IMG/VR virus record: IMGVR_UViG_2802429248_000008
Coordinates: 1-26,841 of that record
DNA length: 26,841 nt
Source of the DNA: a virus
Taxonomy: Duplodnaviria > Heunggongvirae > Uroviricota > Caudoviricetes
Strand: one strand, 5' to 3'
How positions within the stretch are numbered: position 1 is the stretch's first letter; each line of letters starts with the position of its first letter. Made by a program: the position numbers and the translations under genes. The notes under the pieces are model-generated. The model made no database searches. It saw only the letters and a list, made by a program, of their open reading frames with translations, and was not told where the DNA came from. This document shows, piece after piece, positions 23,594-26,841 of the stretch.

Positions 23594-24490
23594 ATGCCTG
23601 CCGTTGACCTTTCCCAGTTACCGGAACCCGCCATCATCGCGGAGCCTGATTTTGAGGCAATTCTGGTTGATACAAAGGCCATGATGATTGCGGCTTATCC
23701 CGCCGAACAGCGTGAAGCCGTCTCCGCCGCGCTGGAGCTGGAATCGGAGCCCCTGAACGTTATCGCCCAGACAACAGCGTTTCGTGAAATGCTGTTACGC
23801 CAGCGGGTCAATGAGGGTGCACGCGCCTGCATGCTAAGCCACAGCGCCGGGACAGACCTGGACAACCTCGCGGGCAATATGAACACAAAGCGCCTGGTTA
23901 TCACTCCGGCAACGGATACCACCGACGCGGTGATGGAAAGTGACACCTCGCTGAGACTGCGGGCGCAACGGGCGTATGACGGTCTGAGTGTTGCTGGCCC
24001 GTCAGGTGCATACGAGTATTTTGCACGCAGCGCCAGCGGTCTGGTGCGTGATGCGCGGGCTATCAGTCCGTCTCCGGCAAATGTGACGGTTTCCATCCTG
24101 TCCACTGAAGGCGACGGCACAGCAACGGAGGCGTTGCTTAATACCGTTCGCGCCGTTCTGAATGCAGAGGATACCCGCCCGGTGGCCGACCGCCTGACCG
24201 TACAGAGCGCCAGAATCGTGACATGGCGGCTGAATGCAAAGCTGTACTTTTACCCCGGCCCGGAATCCGAACCTATTCTGGCTGCGGCTGAATCGTCGTT
24301 CAGGAAGTGGCTGGCTGAACAGGGGCTTATCGGTCAGGACGTGGCGCTGTCCGCCATTGCTGCCGCACTTCATGTGCACGGCGTGCAACGCGTGGAGATA
24401 ATCGAACCCACACAGAATATGGCCATCAGCGACATACAGGCGGCGCGCTGTGAGTCATTCACCATCAGCGAAGGTGGGCGCAATGAGTAA
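23594..24490 (+). CDS. J: Baseplate wedge protein J
   Basis: 298 aa. Size and position match P2 J. Confidence 0.85.
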   Translation: MPAVDLSQLPEPAIIAEPDFEAILVDTKAMMIAAYPAEQREAVSAALELESEPLNVIAQTTAFREMLLRQRVNEGARACMLSHSAGTDLDNLAGNMNTKRLVITPATDTTDAVMESDTSLRLRAQRAYDGLSVAGPSGAYEYFARSASGLVRDARAISPSPANVTVSILSTEGDGTATEALLNTVRAVLNAEDTRPVADRLTVQSARIVTWRLNAKLYFYPGPESEPILAAAESSFRKWLAEQGLIGQDVALSAIAAALHVHGVQRVEIIEPTQNMAISDIQAARCESFTISEGGRNE

Positions 24491-25010
24491 TTCGTTGTTA
24501 CCACCATCAGCCAGCAATTTCATGCGTTGTGCCGAAGCCGTCGGAACACGCATTACAGACATTCCGGTAGACCTCAACACGCTGTGGTCACCGGATACCT
24601 GCCCGGTACATCTGCTGCCTTATCTCGCCTGGGCGTTTTCCGTTGACCGCTGGGATCGCAACTGGCCGGAAGAGACAAAGCGACAGGTGATTCGTGATGC
24701 ATGGCTGATACACCGACACAAAGGAACCATCAGCGCCCTGCGACGAGCCATTGAACCGCTGGGATACCTCATTCGCGTGTCTGAGTGGTGGGAGTTCGAC
24801 GGCGAACCCGGAACATTCAAGGTTGATGTTGGCACGCTGGACAGTGGTGTGACCGAGGAAATGTATCTGGAAATGGAACGGCTGATTGCCGATGCCAAAC
24901 CCGCAAGTCGCCACCTTATCGGCCTGAACATTATCCAGGACATTCCCGGCTATCTGTATACAGGCGGTGTGGTCTGTGATGGTGATGTTATTACTGTTTA
25001 TCCCGGATAA
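24483..25010 (+). CDS. I: Baseplate / tail protein I
   Basis: ATG 24483 (MSNSLLPPSAS...), 175 aa. Overlaps the end of J as in P2. Confidence 0.85.
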   Translation: MSNSLLPPSASNFMRCAEAVGTRITDIPVDLNTLWSPDTCPVHLLPYLAWAFSVDRWDRNWPEETKRQVIRDAWLIHRHKGTISALRRAIEPLGYLIRVSEWWEFDGEPGTFKVDVGTLDSGVTEEMYLEMERLIADAKPASRHLIGLNIIQDIPGYLYTGGVVCDGDVITVYPG

Positions 25011-25020
25011 GTGAGAAACA

Positions 25021-26841
25021 ATGAGCACGAAATTTAAAACCGTTATCACTACTGCCGGAGCCGCGAAGCTGGCAGCCGCCACTGTTCCCGGCGGGAAAAA
25101 AGTAAACCTGTCTGCAATGGCCGTGGGTGACGGTAATGGCAAATTGCCGGTGCCGGATGCCGGTCAGACGAAACTGGTGCATGAGGTCTGGCGTCACGCC
25201 CTGAATAAAGTCAGCGTGGATAATAAGAATAAAAACTATATCGTGGCTGAACTGGTTGTTCCGCCAGAAGTGGGCGGCTTCTGGATGCGTGAGCTTGGTC
25301 TGTATGACGATGCCGGAACACTGATTGCGGTCGCCAACATGGCGGAAAGCTATAAGCCTGAACTGGCTGAAGGCTCCGGACGTGCGCAGACCTGCCGCAT
25401 GGTCATTATTGTCAGTAACGTGGCGTCCGTTGAGCTGAGTATTGATGCCAGCACAGTGATGGCGACGCAGGATTACGTCGATGACAAAATCGCAGAGCAT
25501 GAGCAGTCCCGCCGCCATCCTGACGCCACGCTGACAGAAAAAGGTTTTACTCAGTTAAGCAGTGCAACAAACAGCACCAGTGAGTCATTGGCAGCAACGC
25601 CAAAAGCGGTCAAGGCAGCAAATGACAACGCAAATTCACGTCTGGCGAAAAATCAGAATGGTGCAGATATCCAGGATAAATCAGCTTTTCTGGACAATGT
25701 TGGCGTTACCAGCCTGACGTTTATGAAAAACAATGGCGAAATGCCGGTTGATGCTGATCTGAATACGTTTGGTCCTGTTAAGGCTTATTCAGGTATCTGG
25801 TCTAAAGCTACATCCACTAACGCGACGGCTGCTAAAAATTTCCCTGAAGACGGTGCAGTCGGTGTACTGGAGGTATTCAATGGCGGTAATTTTTCAGGAA
25901 TGCAGCGTTATACCACCAGAACAGGCAATGTTTATATGCGCAACCTTTCTGGCACATGGAATGGTTCAGACGGTCCGTGGAGTTACTGGCGTCAGGTTCA
26001 GTCTGCAACACGCCCCCTGAGCACAACCATTGACCTGAACACGCTCGGAGGCGCAGAGCATCTTGGTTTATGGCGAAACAGTAGTGGCTCAATCGCTTCA
26101 TTTGACCGCAACTATCCGGAAGAAGGAAGTTATGGTCAGGGACTCCTTGAAGTTCTTGAAGGTGGTGGTTACTCGCGAACGCAGCGTTACACGACCCGCC
26201 GTGGAAATGTTTATGTTCGCTGTCTTTCGGCCTCGTGGGATGCAGAGAACCCACAGTGGGAGCCGTGGTCAAGAGTGGGCTACCAGTCAGAAAGCCGTTA
26301 TTACGACGGTGATTTGAATGATGTAACCTCACCAGGTATTTACAGCGTTACAGGTAAAGCGACCAATGGTCCAATACTGGACGGAAACGGCGTGACAGTC
26401 CTCGGTATTCTGGAAGTGTTGAGGCGCTTTGATGGTGTTAACGTATGGCAGCGTTATACAACTGCCGGAACAGGTACAACCCTTAAAGGTCGCACGTTTG
26501 AGCGCGTTTTTACCGGCAGCTCATGGAGCGAATGGCGGGAAGTTTACACATCTTATTCACTTCCCCTGAATCTGGGTATCGGTGGCGCAGTAGCAAAACT
26601 CACCAGCCTGGACTGGCAGACATACGATTTTGTGCCGGGCAGTCTGATAACCGTTCGGCTGGATAACATGACCAATATTCCCGACGGTATGGACTGGGGC
26701 GTCATTGATGGCAACCTGATAAACATCTCAGTCGGTCCGAGTGATGATTCCGGTACGGGGCGCTCAATGCATGTATGGCGCAGCACCGTAAGTAAAGCGA
26801 ACTACCGCTTTTTTATGGTGCGTATTTCAGGAAATCCGGGA
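25021..26841 (+). CDS. H: Tail fibre protein H (5' partial; open to the window end)
   Basis: No stop in frame 1 from 25021 to 26841. The first ~190 aa (MSTKFKTVITTAGAAKLAAATVPGG...GFTQLSSATNSTSESLAATPKAVK) are nearly identical in pattern to P2 gpH. The remainder is divergent. Confidence 0.92.
   Translation, partial: MSTKFKTVITTAGAAKLAAATVPGGKKVNLSAMAVGDGNGKLPVPDAGQTKLVHEVWRHALNKVSVDNKNKNYIVAELVVPPEVGGFWMRELGLYDDAGTLIAVANMAESYKPELAEGSGRAQTCRMVIIVSNVASVELSIDASTVMATQDYVDDKIAEHEQSRRHPDATLTEKGFTQLSSATNSTSESLAATPKAVKAANDNANSRLAKNQNGADIQDKSAFLDNVGVTSLTFMKNNGEMPVDADLNTFGPVKAYSGIWSKATSTNATAAKNFPEDGAVGVLEVFNGGNFSGMQRYTTRTGNVYMRNLSGTWNGSDGPWSYWRQVQSATRPLSTTIDLNTLGGAEHLGLWRNSSGSIASFDRNYPEEGSYGQGLLEVLEGGGYSRTQRYTTRRGNVYVRCLSASWDAENPQWEPWSRVGYQSESRYYDGDLNDVTSPGIYSVTGKATNGPILDGNGVTVLGILEVLRRFDGVNVWQRYTTAGTGTTLKGRTFERVFTGSSWSEWREVYTSYSLPLNLGIGGAVAKLTSLDWQTYDFVPGSLITVRLDNMTNIPDGMDWGVIDGNLINISVGPSDDSGTGRSMHVWRSTVSKANYRFFMVRISGNPG
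25750..26545 (+). repeat. Three ~85-95-aa internal protein repeats in the tail-fibre distal part (knob-like modules)
   Basis: Each unit has DLN(T/D)...G..(W/Y), then (V/L/I)LEV(F/L), then QRYTT, then G..(Y/F).R, then W..W. Cores lie at about 25852-25998, 26134-26277 and 26392-26545. Confidence 0.65.

Larger units (their letters stand above)
61..26841. mobile_element. P2-like prophage, int-proximal arm (partial; the right end with G, F, E, T, U, D and ogr lies beyond the window; the left att junction is not identified)
   Basis: Collinear with the P2 prophage order int-C-cox-early-A-(accessory)-cos-Q-P / O-N-M-L-X-lysis-R-S-V-W-J-I-H. Many products align by eye with P2 proteins. Confidence 0.9.

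Noticed and set aside
24588-25518. Minus-strand ORFs of 184 and 175 aa
   Set aside because: They are antisense to gpI and to the conserved N-terminus of tail fibre H.

Overview
The window is about 27 kb of the int-proximal arm of an integrated P2-family (Peduovirus-like) temperate phage from an enterobacterial-type genome. All homology calls rest on motifs and on my recollection of P2, 186, lambda, P1 and plasmid R1 sequences; no searches were run. Gene order is P2-like. Going left to right: integrase and C-type repressor on the minus strand, a C/Cox switch, a long rightward early operon ending in the HUH rolling-circle initiator gpA, an accessory interval, the cos region, then portal Q and terminase P on the minus strand. 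The late genes follow on the plus strand: O, N, M, L, X, a lysis cassette, R, S, V, W, J, I, and the 5' 1.8 kb of tail-fibre gene H, which runs off the window. Six parts depart from the P2 template and look most interesting. (1) Two unassignable, translationally coupled ORFs (12206-13317) sit in the interval where P2 carries the anti-phage genes tin and old. (2) A clear ParM/ParR actin-type segregation pair with a hairpin-containing direct repeat lies directly upstream, inside an integrase-bearing phage. (3) A 320-nt non-coding gap (6973-7295) contains a structured RNA whose exposed segments are complementary to two duplicated target sets, one overlapping the RBS of the next ORF. This is the same architecture as the P1/P7 c4 antisense module, here placed upstream of the replication gene. 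(4) An AT-rich two-gene cassette is fused to the 3' end of int: a zinc-ribbon protein plus a tail-anchored coiled-coil protein built from 33-bp tandem repeats. (5) A small membrane protein plus an SPFH/band-7 lipoprotein pair sits in the early operon. (6) The lysis cassette and tail-fibre C-terminus are mosaic. No rRNA, tRNA, CRISPR array or IS element was seen.
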